Source: Actinomycetota bacterium (lineage in GTDB: Bacteria > Actinomycetota > Actinomycetes > Actinomycetales > Microbacteriaceae). From it: a stretch of DNA of 53,429 nt. Every line of letters starts with the position of its first letter. Position 1 is the first letter of the stretch. Of this stretch, positions 37,810-48,531 are shown one piece after another. Below the pieces are notes generated by a model, which saw nothing but the letters and a program-made list of their open reading frames with translations, was not told the DNA's origin and made no database searches. The translations under genes were made by a program, and so were the position numbers. Location of the stretch: NCBI GenBank assembly GCA_041184065.1, contig JBEGKM010000001.1, positions 1-53,429 on the forward strand. The letters run 5' to 3'.

Positions 37810-37925
37810 TTCTTTTCCTCGGTCTATTGTTTAGCGCTTACAGTTTGTCATCCTTGTGATGCAACCTTCTCACCGCAACCGTTTCGTTACAAAACAAATT
37901 GATAACGGTTCTGCATCGTTTCAAA

Positions 37926-37949
37926 AAAACTTAGCCATCACTAGGTTTT
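37926..37949. promoter_or_regulatory. Putative TetR operator
   Basis: AAAACTTAG-N6-CTAGGTTTT (9-bp arms, one mismatch) between tetR and the ABC operon. Confidence 0.68.
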
Positions 37950-38015
37950 GGGCAATAAGTTATCAATAACCATAAATCATCGGGGTTTGTGGCACCCTTC
38001 CACCAGGAGACGTAA

Positions 38016-39512
38016 ATGAAAAAGTTCAAGGCATTTGCCGCTGTAGCTGTTGCTGCTGCGCTTGCTATGGGAACTGTCAGCACCGCAGGAGCTGCCGGCA
38101 CGACCCTTTCACTTGGCTCAATCGCCAAGCCAATCAACTTGGCCGCAGATCACGCTGAATATGGCAACCGCGCTTGGTACTACCAGGCAATCTACGACAC
38201 CCTAATGATCAAGACCGAAGATGGCACTCTAAAGCCAAGCTTGGCTACCAACTGGTCATACAACGCAACCAAGACTCAGCTAACCCTGACCCTTCGCACC
38301 GATGCAAAGTTCACCGATGGCACTCCAGTTAACGCTGTTGCCGTTGTCAAGAACCTGATTGCAAACCGCGATGGCACTGGCCCAACCGCAAACTACCTTG
38401 CTTCTGTCAAGCAGGTTGTCGCAGACGGCAACAAGGTTGTTCTAGGTCTAAAAGAGGCAGACCCTGCTCTTCTTGAGTACCTAGCTGATTCAGCCGGAAC
38501 CATTGCTGCTCCAAGCACCATTGGCAAGGCATCTGCTGCTACCGACCCAATCGGCTCAGGCCCATACATTCTTGACAAGGCAAAGACTCGTGCCGGTTCA
38601 AAGTATGTTTTCAAGTCGAACCCAAACTACTGGAACAAGGCAAACCGCAAGTATGACAACCTAGTCATCTCGGTTTACGAAGACATCACCGCTATGAGCA
38701 ACGCACTTAAGTCAGGTGCAGTTCAGGGTGGAAACGTATTCCCTCAGACCGTTGCAACCGTGAAGGCTTCGGGCTTCAAGTTTGCTCAGGGTTACCTAGA
38801 CGTAAAGGGAATCTACTTCTCTGCACGCACTGACTCAAAGAGCTGTGTTTCTGACGTAAACGTTCGCCGCGCAATCAACCACGTGTTCGACCGTGCAGCA
38901 ATGCTGAAGAGCCTAGACAACGGCTTCGGTAAGGTCACCACTCAGTATGTAAACAGCTCAAGCAAGGGCTATGTTGCAGCGCTGAACAACAAGTACCCAT
39001 ACAGCATCGACGAGGCTAAGGCTCTTATGGCCAAGTCGGCATTCGCTAAGGGTTGCACCATTTCAATGGCTGCGTTTACTCCAGTGTTCGGCGAGGCTGG
39101 TTACAGCATCATTCGTTCACAGCTTGGCAAGATCGGCATCACCGTCAAAGAAGTTGAAGAGACCGGTGGTACCTTCATCGCGAACATCATGGCTCCTAAG
39201 TACGACGCTTACCTAATGATCTTCGAGCGTGCAGGTAACCCATGGAAGATGATGAACTTCATGATCACCCCAGGCGCAACCTTCAACAACGACGGTTACA
39301 CCGAGCCAGCTGTTACCAAGTTGATCAACGACTTCAAGAAGGCTTCTGAATCAAAGCAGCCAGCAATCTTGAAGGCAATCAACACCGAGTTGGTAAACAA
39401 CGCTTGGTTCGCACCATGGTACGAAATCCAGGGAAACTTTGCCTACAAGGGCATCGTCGTGAAGTCAGCTCAGGCTGGTAACGCAATTCCTTACCTTTAC
39501 AACATCAAGTAA
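38016..39512 (+). CDS. Family-5 (Opp/Dpp-like) ABC substrate-binding protein, probably for glycosides
   Basis: Signal peptide; PSLATNW, KFTDGTPVNA..V, PIGSGPY, NPNYW and VRRAI. Substrate inferred from neighbouring glycosidases. Confidence 0.9.
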   Translation: MKKFKAFAAVAVAAALAMGTVSTAGAAGTTLSLGSIAKPINLAADHAEYGNRAWYYQAIYDTLMIKTEDGTLKPSLATNWSYNATKTQLTLTLRTDAKFTDGTPVNAVAVVKNLIANRDGTGPTANYLASVKQVVADGNKVVLGLKEADPALLEYLADSAGTIAAPSTIGKASAATDPIGSGPYILDKAKTRAGSKYVFKSNPNYWNKANRKYDNLVISVYEDITAMSNALKSGAVQGGNVFPQTVATVKASGFKFAQGYLDVKGIYFSARTDSKSCVSDVNVRRAINHVFDRAAMLKSLDNGFGKVTTQYVNSSSKGYVAALNNKYPYSIDEAKALMAKSAFAKGCTISMAAFTPVFGEAGYSIIRSQLGKIGITVKEVEETGGTFIANIMAPKYDAYLMIFERAGNPWKMMNFMITPGATFNNDGYTEPAVTKLINDFKKASESKQPAILKAINTELVNNAWFAPWYEIQGNFAYKGIVVKSAQAGNAIPYLYNIK

Positions 39513-39532
39513 AGAATCGCACTAGAAGTATC

Positions 39533-39564
39533 GGAGGGCTGGGGCCTCAAAGCCCCAGCCCTTC
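39533..39564 (+). terminator. Intra-operonic stem-loop after the SBP gene
   Basis: 11-bp perfect stem AGGGCTGGGGC / GCCCCAGCCCT with 6-nt loop and pyrimidine tail. Confidence 0.78.
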
Positions 39565-39619
39565 TCTCTAAAACAAACAAAGCACCCGGCCCAGTGGCCA
39601 CATCCGATCGGATCCCCAA

Positions 39620-40561
39620 TTGTTAAACTTCACGCTAAGGCGCATACTCAACGGCATCGTCATGATGGTTGCTGTTAGCTTCCTCGCCTATTTCCTTCTT
39701 TACATCGGTGCCGGCAACGTTGCCCGCCTGATTCTCGGTCTTGAGGCAACTCCCGAGTCAATTGCCGAGCTAAATGAGCAGCTCGGTCTAAACAGACCTT
39801 TCATTGAACAGTTTCTAACCTGGGCATCAGGTGCAGTTCGCCTCGACTTCGGCGATTCATGGTCAATGCCTGAGACCGTAAACGAAGTTCTTTTCCCTCG
39901 CCTCGGTGTGACTCTAACCATCGTCGCTCTGACAACTTTGGTTGCCGCTATTGTGGCTATCATCCTTGGCACGGTCGCTGCGATTTATGGGGGCGTAATC
40001 GACCGACTAGTTCAGTTCTTGGGCCTAATCGGCTTCGCCATCCCTGGCTTTTTGGTTGCCTTCTTCTTAGTGACTTTGTTCGCAATTCAAGTTCCAATCT
40101 TCAACGCCGTAGGCTATGTCGACTTCTCAGAAAGCCCAAGCGAATGGGTTAAGTCTGTGACCTTGCCTGTCGCGGCTCTTTCTCTTAGCGCAATCGCATC
40201 GGTTGCCCAGCAAGTTCGTGGTTCGGTCACCGACGCAATCAACATGGATTACGTGCGCACTCTTAGAGCTCGAGGATTGAGCTTCAACCGCGTTGTCTAC
40301 AAGCACGTGCTGCGCAATGCTGGCGGACCAGCACTTTCGATTCTCGGTGTTCAATTTGTCGGAATGTTGGGTGGCGCGATTTTGGTCGAGCAGATCTTTG
40401 CGATTCCGGGTCTTGGCCCTTATGCGGTGGGTGCAACCTCGTTTAGCGATATTCCTGCCGTTATGGGCCTAGTGGTTGTAACAGCGCTGGTCGTTATTGT
40501 GGTCAACCTAATCATCGATCTTCTTTCAGCAGCTCTAAACCCAAAGGTGCGTCTTTCATGA
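39620..40561 (+). CDS. ABC permease (DppB/OppB-like)
   Basis: LGLNRP, DYVRTLRARGL, HVLRNA, EQIFAIPGLG and LNPKVR. Confidence 0.93.
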   Translation: MLNFTLRRILNGIVMMVAVSFLAYFLLYIGAGNVARLILGLEATPESIAELNEQLGLNRPFIEQFLTWASGAVRLDFGDSWSMPETVNEVLFPRLGVTLTIVALTTLVAAIVAIILGTVAAIYGGVIDRLVQFLGLIGFAIPGFLVAFFLVTLFAIQVPIFNAVGYVDFSESPSEWVKSVTLPVAALSLSAIASVAQQVRGSVTDAINMDYVRTLRARGLSFNRVVYKHVLRNAGGPALSILGVQFVGMLGGAILVEQIFAIPGLGPYAVGATSFSDIPAVMGLVVVTALVVIVVNLIIDLLSAALNPKVRLS

Positions 40562-42327
40562 GTAACACTGCAACTAAAAAAGATGGCCTTCTGCGCAAGG
40601 TTCTTACCAACCCAAGCGGTTGGGCCTCAGTCGGCGTAATCGCGATTGTGATTCTTTACGGAATCATCGCTCCTTTGCTGAGCAAATGGGATCCAAACGA
40701 ACCAGACGTTTATTCGGTTCTAGGCGGACCAAGTGCCGACCACTTCTTTGGCACCGACAGCGCCGGTCGCGATGTGTTCACCCGCCTCGCAATCTCGACT
40801 CAGTTCAGCCTTGAAACCGCTGCGCTGGCAGTTGTGATCGCACTCTCGATCGGTGTTATTGGCGGTCTAATCGCTGGCTACTTCGGCGGCTGGTTCGACA
40901 ACGTGGCATCTTGGATGACCTCGGTCATCATGGCGCTGCCTGGCCTTGTTGTTCTTCTTGCCTCGATGGCGGTCATTGGCCCAACCATGTGGGGCGCAAT
41001 GGCCATCTTTGGTGTGCTTCTGTCGCCTGCGTACTTCCGACTCGTTTACACGACCGTTCGCGGTGTTCGCAACGAGCTTTACGTAGACGCAGCACGCGTC
41101 TCGGGCCTAAACGACGTTCGAATCATCGGCCGACACATCCTTGGTGTGGTTCGCGCACCAATCATCATTCAGACTGCGATCATCGCCTCGATTGCCATCG
41201 CGATTCAGTCGGGTATTGAATTCTTGGGTCTTGGCGACAAAGACACCCCTAGCTGGGGTGCAATGCTGAATGACGCCTTCCGCCAGATCTACGAGACTCC
41301 GGTACTTTTGGTTTGGCCTAGCGCAATCATCGCGCTGGTCACCGTTGCACTGGTTATCTTTGCAAACACCGTGCGCGACGAACTTGAGCGCACTGGCCCT
41401 CGATTCAAGAAGATCAAGGGTATGGGCAAGACTGCCGCTCAGCTAGCCGAAGACGCAGCTGAAGTAGACACAATCATTCACGAAGCTCCAGGGCGTTCAA
41501 ATGATGCCTTGCTGCGAGTGCAAAACCTTGCAGTGGGTTATCCAAATGGCATGGGTGGCATTAAGCAGGTTGTGCACAACGTGAACCTAACCGTTAACCG
41601 CGGTGAGGTAGTTGGTTTGATCGGTGAGTCTGGCTCAGGCAAGACTCAGTCGGCATTCTCGGTTCTCGGGCTTTTGCCTAAGGGTGGCCGCGTTGTCGCC
41701 GGCTCAATCGTCTTTGATGGCAAAGAACTTGTTGAGGCCTCGGCCAAGGAATACGACAAAATTCGCGGCGGTCGCATCAGCTACATTCCGCAAGAGCCGA
41801 TGAGCAACCTCGACCCTTCGTTCACAATCGGCACCCAGCTAGTGGAACCGATGATGAAGGTTTTGGGCCTAGGCAAAAAAGAAGCCAAAGAGAAGGCAAT
41901 TGCTTTGCTTACTCGTGTTGGCATTCCCAACCCCGCTCTGACTATGAAGAAGTATCCGCATGAGATCTCTGGTGGCCAGGCTCAGCGTGTACTAATCGCC
42001 GGAGCCGTGTCTTGCGACCCAGACCTGATCATCGCCGATGAGCCAACCACGGCTCTAGACGTGACAGTTCAGGCCGAAGTTCTTGACCTTCTTCGCGACC
42101 TGCAAAAAGAGACCCACACCGCGCTGCTTTTGGTGACTCACAACTTTGGTGTGGTTGCCGACCTTTGTGACTACATCAATGTGATGCAAAACGGTCGAAT
42201 TCTTGAAGCAGGTCCGGTTCTCGACATCTTCCAGAACGCAAAGCACCCTTACACCCAGTCACTGCTCGACTCCATCCTTGAGGGTGGCCCTGCACGTGGC
42301 GCATACGTCGCACCGAAAGGCAACTAA
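40558..42327 (+). CDS. Fused ABC permease/ATPase (DppC-DppD-like)
   Basis: FGTDSAGRD and YVDAAR permease motifs, then GESGSGKT, ISGGQ, IADEPTTALD and HPYT. Confidence 0.93.
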   Translation: MSNTATKKDGLLRKVLTNPSGWASVGVIAIVILYGIIAPLLSKWDPNEPDVYSVLGGPSADHFFGTDSAGRDVFTRLAISTQFSLETAALAVVIALSIGVIGGLIAGYFGGWFDNVASWMTSVIMALPGLVVLLASMAVIGPTMWGAMAIFGVLLSPAYFRLVYTTVRGVRNELYVDAARVSGLNDVRIIGRHILGVVRAPIIIQTAIIASIAIAIQSGIEFLGLGDKDTPSWGAMLNDAFRQIYETPVLLVWPSAIIALVTVALVIFANTVRDELERTGPRFKKIKGMGKTAAQLAEDAAEVDTIIHEAPGRSNDALLRVQNLAVGYPNGMGGIKQVVHNVNLTVNRGEVVGLIGESGSGKTQSAFSVLGLLPKGGRVVAGSIVFDGKELVEASAKEYDKIRGGRISYIPQEPMSNLDPSFTIGTQLVEPMMKVLGLGKKEAKEKAIALLTRVGIPNPALTMKKYPHEISGGQAQRVLIAGAVSCDPDLIIADEPTTALDVTVQAEVLDLLRDLQKETHTALLLVTHNFGVVADLCDYINVMQNGRILEAGPVLDIFQNAKHPYTQSLLDSILEGGPARGAYVAPKGN

Positions 42328-42329
42328 TC

Positions 42330-43157
42330 ATGTCGTTGCTAAACATTGAAAACGTAGAAGTTACCTACAAGGGCAAGGGTCTAAAGAAAGACTTCAAGGC
42401 ACTAAAGGGTGTCTCTCTAGACATACGCCCAGGCGAGTGTGTCGGTCTGGTTGGCGAGTCTGGTTCTGGAAAGACCACCCTCGGTCGTGCGGTTCTAGGG
42501 CTTGCTCCGGTTACCGCTGGTTCGATCACCCTAGAGGGCCGTGAGATTGCTCACGCCTCTCGTTCAGAGCGAGCCGATCTAGCGCGCGACATCCAGGTTG
42601 TCTTTCAAGACCCTTATTCGTCGCTGAACCCATCGATGTCGATTGAGCAGATTTTGACCGAGCCAATGTTGGTTCGCGACTGGTCGAAGAGCGATGCAAA
42701 CAAGCGCGTTCGTGAACTGCTTGACTCGGTTGGCTTGCCTGCCGATGCCGCAGATCGCCGACCTCGTGAGTTCTCGGGTGGTCAGCGTCAGCGCATCGCA
42801 ATTGCTCGCGCGCTTGCTCTTGACCCAAAGTTGATCGTTTGCGACGAGCCGGTTTCGGCACTTGACCTAACCACTCAGGCCAAGGTTCTTGATTTGTTCC
42901 TTGAGATTCAAGAGCGCACCGGCGTTGCCTATCTATTCATCTCTCACGACCTAGCGGTTGTTCGCCACCTCAGCCACCGTGTTGCTGTGATGTACCAGGG
43001 CGAGATCGTCGAGTGGGGTCAGGGTGAGCAGGTTACGCAAGACCCTCAGCACCCTTACACAAAGCGCTTGATGATGGCTGCTCCGGTTCCAAACCCGGTC
43101 GAGCAGACTGCGCGTCGCGAAGAACGTCGTCGCATGATGGCCGCTGGCCAGATTTAA
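42330..43157 (+). CDS. ABC ATP-binding protein (DppF/OppF-like)
   Basis: GESGSGKT, FQDPYSSLNP, FSGGQRQR and CDEPVSALD. Confidence 0.94.
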   Translation: MSLLNIENVEVTYKGKGLKKDFKALKGVSLDIRPGECVGLVGESGSGKTTLGRAVLGLAPVTAGSITLEGREIAHASRSERADLARDIQVVFQDPYSSLNPSMSIEQILTEPMLVRDWSKSDANKRVRELLDSVGLPADAADRRPREFSGGQRQRIAIARALALDPKLIVCDEPVSALDLTTQAKVLDLFLEIQERTGVAYLFISHDLAVVRHLSHRVAVMYQGEIVEWGQGEQVTQDPQHPYTKRLMMAAPVPNPVEQTARREERRRMMAAGQI

Positions 43158-43190
43158 GTTCTGTCCAAACCTTTTTCAGAAAGCCGCCGC

Positions 43191-44585
43191 ATGTTCAAGC
43201 ACTCAAAGTCGCAGGCAGACATTTCTTCCCTGCCTGCTGACTTTGTGTTTGGCGTTGCCACTGCTGCATACCAAATTGAGGGTGGCGTTCACGAGGGTGG
43301 TCGAGGCATAAGCATCTGGGACACCTTCTCTCACACCGAGGGCAAGACCCTGCACGGCGACACCGGCGACATCGCCTGCGATCACTATCACCGCTGGGCC
43401 GAAGATCTCGACCTCATGCAAAGTCTTGGTCTACAGGCTTATCGCCTCAATTTCTCTTGGGTTCGTTTGCAGCCGACTGGTGAAGGGCCGCTGAACCCTG
43501 AGGGCGTTCAGTTCTATCGTGACATCCTGCAGGGATGCCGTGACCGCGGCATCAAGCCGTTTGTCACCATTTACCACTGGGATCTGCCGCAGGCTCTGCA
43601 AGATAAAGGCGGCTGGCCTGCGCGCGAAACCGCATACAGGTTTGCCGAATATTCGGCATTGTTGATCGATGAATTTGCTGACCTAGCAGCAGATTGGATC
43701 ACCATCAACGAGGCTTGGTGCGTTGCATTCCTCGGCCACAGCTGGGGAATGCAAGCACCAGGTTTCAAAGATGACAAGCTCGCGATTCGTGCAGCACATC
43801 ACACGCTTTTAGCCCATGGTTTGGCGCTTGCCGAGTTCCGCAATAAGGCACCGCAGCTGCGCGTTGGTATCACAAACATTCACGGCAACGTTTCGGCAAA
43901 AACCGATTCTGCCGCCGACCAGGCTGCTGCTGCCAAGCTCGATGTGCGCATGAACAAACTGTTTTTAGAGCCGCTTTATAAGGGCGCATACAGCGAAGAC
44001 GTAATCGCGGTTTTTGAAGCTGACGGGTTGAACGCTGGCGAAATAGAGGGCGCACTCGTTCAGCCTGGTGACCTTGCGATCATCAGTGCACCGAACGACT
44101 TTATTGGTGTGAACCACTATCACAACATGATTGCCTCGGCCGATGAGAATGCGCCTGATGGAATCGGCATGGGTCAGGCAGAGCCAAACGAGCAATCAGC
44201 CTGGAACTGGCCAAACACCCCTTATGCAATCGGTAACATCGTTCGACGCATCAACCGAGAGTATTCAGACCTGCCGATTTACATCACTGAAAACGGCATT
44301 TGCCTGAGCGACTATGCAAACCCTGAGGGTCAAGTTAACGACCCGCACCGAATCGATTATCTAAACGGCTACATTGGCGCGATTGCCGAAGCCGCAAAAG
44401 ACGGAGTGCCGATGGCCGGCTATATGGCCTGGTCGTTCATGGACAACTTTGAATGGGCCGAGGGCTACAACATGCGCTTCGGTTTGGTTTATGTCGACTA
44501 CCCGACTCAAAAGAGAATTCCCAAGCAAAGTGCCTACTGGTACCGCGATCTGATTTCAGAACACAAGAAGAAAGCAGCAAAATAA
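43191..44585 (+). CDS. GH1 beta-glucosidase
   Basis: ATAAYQIEG, YHWDLPQ, TINE acid/base, ITENG nucleophile and DNFEWAEGY. Confidence 0.95.
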   Translation: MFKHSKSQADISSLPADFVFGVATAAYQIEGGVHEGGRGISIWDTFSHTEGKTLHGDTGDIACDHYHRWAEDLDLMQSLGLQAYRLNFSWVRLQPTGEGPLNPEGVQFYRDILQGCRDRGIKPFVTIYHWDLPQALQDKGGWPARETAYRFAEYSALLIDEFADLAADWITINEAWCVAFLGHSWGMQAPGFKDDKLAIRAAHHTLLAHGLALAEFRNKAPQLRVGITNIHGNVSAKTDSAADQAAAAKLDVRMNKLFLEPLYKGAYSEDVIAVFEADGLNAGEIEGALVQPGDLAIISAPNDFIGVNHYHNMIASADENAPDGIGMGQAEPNEQSAWNWPNTPYAIGNIVRRINREYSDLPIYITENGICLSDYANPEGQVNDPHRIDYLNGYIGAIAEAAKDGVPMAGYMAWSFMDNFEWAEGYNMRFGLVYVDYPTQKRIPKQSAYWYRDLISEHKKKAAK

Positions 44586-47044
44586 TGTCAAACCTAGCCG
44601 CCAGAGTAGACGAGCTAACTGCAAAGTTGACCCTCGAAGAGAAGGTCGCACTGCTAACCGGTCGCGACTTCTGGAACACAGTTCCGCTTGAGTCAATTGG
44701 ACTGCGAAACCTGTTGCTGTCTGACGGCCCATCGGGCGTTCGCGGTGAATTCTGGGATGAGCGCGACAACTCGCTGAACCTGCCAAGCGCGACTGCACTT
44801 GGTTCATCTTGGAGCCTGGAGTTGGCTGCAGAATATGGCCGCACGCTGGCTCGCGAAGCTGCCCGCAAGGGCGTTGACGTTGTGCTTGGCCCAACCATCA
44901 ACCTGCACCGCAGCCCACTCGGTGGCCGCCACTTTGAGTGCTTGAGCGAAGATGCCATGCTAACCGGAGCGCTAGCAACCTCTTACACCAAGGGCATGCA
45001 GGCACTTGGCAAGGGTGCTTGTCCTAAGCACTATGTTGCCAACGACTTTGAGACCGACCGCTACACCGTAGATGTAGTTGTTGATGAGCGCACTCTGCGC
45101 GAGCTTTACCTGCGCCCATTCGAAGACGCGGTTGTGGAAGGTGGCGCATGGACAATCATGAGCTCATACAACCGAATCAACGGCACCACGGCGACCGAAA
45201 ACGACTTGCTCAACACTCCACTGCGCACCGAATGGGGATTCGACGGTGTAGTAATCAGCGACTGGACTGCGGTTCGTTCGCTCGAGAGTGCAAAAGCCGA
45301 GCAAGACCTTGTGATGCCTGGCCCAATTGGCCCGTGGGGCGACGCGCTCGTGGCAGCCGTTCGCAACGGAGAAATCGACGAGTCAACAATTGACCGCAAG
45401 ATTGCGCGTTTGATTCTGTTGGCTGTTCGAGTTGGCGCAATTGGCGCCGACGGTGCAACTCCGGCTCAACCTGCCCGTCACAACAACATCGCCGCCGAGG
45501 GTCGCGCTTTTGCTCGCCGCGCGGCTTCGGAGGGCGCAGTTCTTCTTGAAAACGACGGCATTTTGCCAATCGCAGACCTAGCGTCGAAGGCAAGCGTGGC
45601 TTTGATTGGCCACAACGCTAAGGCTGCTCGCACCCAGGGTGGCGGTTCTGCAACCACCTTGCCAGAGGTCGTTGTCACCCCACTCGATGCCTTGGCTGAG
45701 TTGCTGGGCGACAAGCTCACATATTCGGTTGGTGCAGTAGTTCAGCGCGGCATCGCCGAGCTGCCAAAGCCTCAAATCAAGAACCCGATAACGGGAAACC
45801 CCGGCGTGCATGTTGAATTCTTGAGCGAGTCTGGTGAAATCCTGTTCACCGAAGAGCGCCTAGCTAGCAACCTCACCTGGTTGGGCAGCCAGGCGCCGGT
45901 CGAAGAGTCACGTGGCTTGCGACTTCGCACCGTCTACACTCCAGCCGTTTCAGAGACTGCGCTGTTTGGCTTTGCCTCGGTTCAGCCGGTCAAGGTTGAG
46001 CTTGACGGGCAACTCGTGCTCGACGCCAAGTTGACTCCTGAGACTTCAGATATTTTCACAGCTTTGATGGACCCTCCGTTCACCTCATCGTCAATTGACT
46101 TCGTTGCCGGTCGTTCGGTGGCAATCGACATCATCGTTGACCTGCACGGCCGCGAAGGATTGGCTGCGTCGGCTCAGAGCTTCATTTTTGGTTTTGAAAC
46201 CGATCGTTCAAACGAAGCGGCCATGATTGCCGAGGCAGTTGAAGCGGCAAAGGCAGCCGAGTTAGCAATCGTCGTGGTTGGCACCAATGCTCAGGTTGAG
46301 TCAGAGGGCTTTGACCGAAAAGATCTAAAGCTGCCTGGCCGCCAAGATGAGTTGGTTTCTGCGGTAGTTGGCGCTAACCCGAACACCATCGTGATCGTGA
46401 ACTCCGGTTCGCCGGTTCTTATGCCTTGGCGCAAAGATGTAAAGGCCGTACTGGTTTCTTACTTTGGCGGCGAGCAAATGGGCAACGCGCTTGTTGACAT
46501 GCTCACCGGCGCCAGCGAGCCTGGTGGCCGTCTGCCGACCACTTGGCCGGCATCAGAAGCTTCGGTTCCTGTTCTAAACTGCACCCCAGATGCCAACCAC
46601 CAGGTCATCTACGAAGAAGGCATCCACATTGGTTACCGTGCCTGGTTGAAGGCTGGCGCTAAGCCGGCATACGACTTTGGCTATGGTTTGGGTTACACCA
46701 CCTGGCAGGTAGTTTCTGTATCCGGTGGAAACCAGGTTTCGGAAACCAAGAACCTCGAGCTTTCGGTTGAGGTCAAGAACACCGGTGACCGCGCAGGCAA
46801 GCACATCGTTCAGGTTTATGCAGAGCGCAAAGAATCATATGTAGACCGCCCAGTTCGCTGGTTGGTTGGCTTTGCCGAGGTTCACGCTGCAGCCGGTGAA
46901 ACCAAGACCGCGGCAATCACCATTCGCGGACGCGAATTTGCCGACTACAACAACGGTTGGAACTATGAGTCAGGAGAGTTCACTCTTCACATTGGGTCAA
47001 ACGTAAATGACCTTCCGGTTTCATTCAACGTAGTGATGAACTAA
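44585..47044 (+). CDS. GH3 beta-glucosidase with PA14-like insertion and Fn3-like C-terminus
   Basis: SDGPSGVRG, GGRHFECLSED, KHYVAND, ISDW nucleophile and ESEGFDR. Start moved to ATG 44585 (TAATG overlap). Confidence 0.94.
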   Translation: MSNLAARVDELTAKLTLEEKVALLTGRDFWNTVPLESIGLRNLLLSDGPSGVRGEFWDERDNSLNLPSATALGSSWSLELAAEYGRTLAREAARKGVDVVLGPTINLHRSPLGGRHFECLSEDAMLTGALATSYTKGMQALGKGACPKHYVANDFETDRYTVDVVVDERTLRELYLRPFEDAVVEGGAWTIMSSYNRINGTTATENDLLNTPLRTEWGFDGVVISDWTAVRSLESAKAEQDLVMPGPIGPWGDALVAAVRNGEIDESTIDRKIARLILLAVRVGAIGADGATPAQPARHNNIAAEGRAFARRAASEGAVLLENDGILPIADLASKASVALIGHNAKAARTQGGGSATTLPEVVVTPLDALAELLGDKLTYSVGAVVQRGIAELPKPQIKNPITGNPGVHVEFLSESGEILFTEERLASNLTWLGSQAPVEESRGLRLRTVYTPAVSETALFGFASVQPVKVELDGQLVLDAKLTPETSDIFTALMDPPFTSSSIDFVAGRSVAIDIIVDLHGREGLAASAQSFIFGFETDRSNEAAMIAEAVEAAKAAELAIVVVGTNAQVESEGFDRKDLKLPGRQDELVSAVVGANPNTIVIVNSGSPVLMPWRKDVKAVLVSYFGGEQMGNALVDMLTGASEPGGRLPTTWPASEASVPVLNCTPDANHQVIYEEGIHIGYRAWLKAGAKPAYDFGYGLGYTTWQVVSVSGGNQVSETKNLELSVEVKNTGDRAGKHIVQVYAERKESYVDRPVRWLVGFAEVHAAAGETKTAAITIRGREFADYNNGWNYESGEFTLHIGSNVNDLPVSFNVVMN

Positions 47045-47049
47045 CGCCG

Positions 47050-48531
47050 GTGAAGCTGCCTAACCCGCTAATTCCTGGTTTCAACCCAGACCCATCAATT
47101 GTTCGAGTAGGCGAAGATTACTACCTTGCCACCTCGACGTTCGAATACCTGCCGGGCGTTCCGATCTATCACTCGACCGACTTGGTCAACTGGACCTTGC
47201 TCTCTCACGTGGTTACTCGCGAGGGTCAGTTTCAGATGAAGGGTGTGCCGACCGGCGGAGGCGCTTGGGCCCCGACCATTCGTTATCACGATGGCATTTT
47301 TTACGTTGTGATCACCGATGCCATGGGTCGCGGAACCATGATTTTCACAGCCGATAAGCCCGAAGGCCCATGGTCCGACGGCATCGTCACAGATGTTGAC
47401 GGCATTGACCCTGACCTAGCCTGGACGGCTGATGGCACCTGCTACATGACCTTCTCGGGGCTCATCATGCACGGCTCCGAAATGGGCAAGCACCTTGGAA
47501 TTCAGCAGGTTCGAATCGACCTAGCCACCGGCAAAAAGCTCGAGGAGCCGCGCAGCATGTGGAAGGGAACCGGGCTCATGTTTCCGGAGGCCCCCCACCT
47601 TTATGAGATAGACGGCGTTTGGTATCTAATGATTGCCGAGGGCGGAACCGAGCGCGGTCACGGAATTTCTATCGCTCGCGGGGATTCGCCAGAAGGCCCG
47701 TTTGAGGGCGCTCCGAACAACCCAATTTTGAGTGCTCGAAGCACCTCACGCCCGGTTCAAAACACCGGTCACGGAGACTTGGTTCAGACTCCAGATGGCG
47801 GTTGGGCTGTGGTTTGCCTTGGCATGCGCACCCGTGGCATGACCCGCGCGTTCTCATCGCTGGGCCGCGAAACCTTCGCCAGCAATGTGACCTGGGTCGA
47901 TGGTTGGCCGGTGATTGAGCCGATTGAGCTAAATGACGTTTTGCCGGCTCCCGAATTCAAGGATGACTTTTCAGCGCCAGAGCTTGGTGGTGAGTGGCTA
48001 GCCATTCGCCGTCTTGCATCGTCGATGTCGTCAACTGCATCTGGCAGCCTAGTGATCAAGGGTGAAGGTCGAGGCCTAGACCACGAAGCGCCGGCATTTA
48101 TTGGTCGCCGCCAACGCCGCCTCGACGGAATTGTGCGAGCCAATGTAAGTGTTGAGGGCGTGGGCGGATTGACACTTCGCTATGACGAAGCGGCGCATTA
48201 TGACATCGAAGTTTCGGGTGAAAAGATCATCGCTCGTTCGGTGCTCTCTTACACAACCCAAGAATTTGTCGTTGCCAAACCTGCCGGTGACTCGATTACT
48301 TTGTTTGCCAAACTTGACCAGCCAGAGGGCAAAGATTTTCCGTCGATGCAAACCTCTGACATCGTTCGCCTCGGCTATCTAGACGCCGCAGGTGCCGAGG
48401 TTATCGTGGCAAGTTTTGATGGGCGCTACCTTTCAGCCGAAGTCACCTGCTCGTTCACCGGCCGCGTGTTTGGCTTATATTCGGTGCAGGGTCAATTGAC
48501 AGCACATTCATACGAAGAGGTTGCACAGTAG
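47050..48531 (+). CDS. GH43 beta-xylosidase/alpha-arabinofuranosidase
   Basis: GFNPDPS, WAPTIRY, GIDP, PEAPH, AEGGT, GHGDL and LGRET. Confidence 0.92.
   Translation: MKLPNPLIPGFNPDPSIVRVGEDYYLATSTFEYLPGVPIYHSTDLVNWTLLSHVVTREGQFQMKGVPTGGGAWAPTIRYHDGIFYVVITDAMGRGTMIFTADKPEGPWSDGIVTDVDGIDPDLAWTADGTCYMTFSGLIMHGSEMGKHLGIQQVRIDLATGKKLEEPRSMWKGTGLMFPEAPHLYEIDGVWYLMIAEGGTERGHGISIARGDSPEGPFEGAPNNPILSARSTSRPVQNTGHGDLVQTPDGGWAVVCLGMRTRGMTRAFSSLGRETFASNVTWVDGWPVIEPIELNDVLPAPEFKDDFSAPELGGEWLAIRRLASSMSSTASGSLVIKGEGRGLDHEAPAFIGRRQRRLDGIVRANVSVEGVGGLTLRYDEAAHYDIEVSGEKIIARSVLSYTTQEFVVAKPAGDSITLFAKLDQPEGKDFPSMQTSDIVRLGYLDAAGAEVIVASFDGRYLSAEVTCSFTGRVFGLYSVQGQLTAHSYEEVAQ

Noticed and set aside
39602-39613. 12-bp palindrome ATCCGATCGGAT before the permease gene
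   Set aside because: Single short occurrence with no loop and no associated regulator; may be chance.
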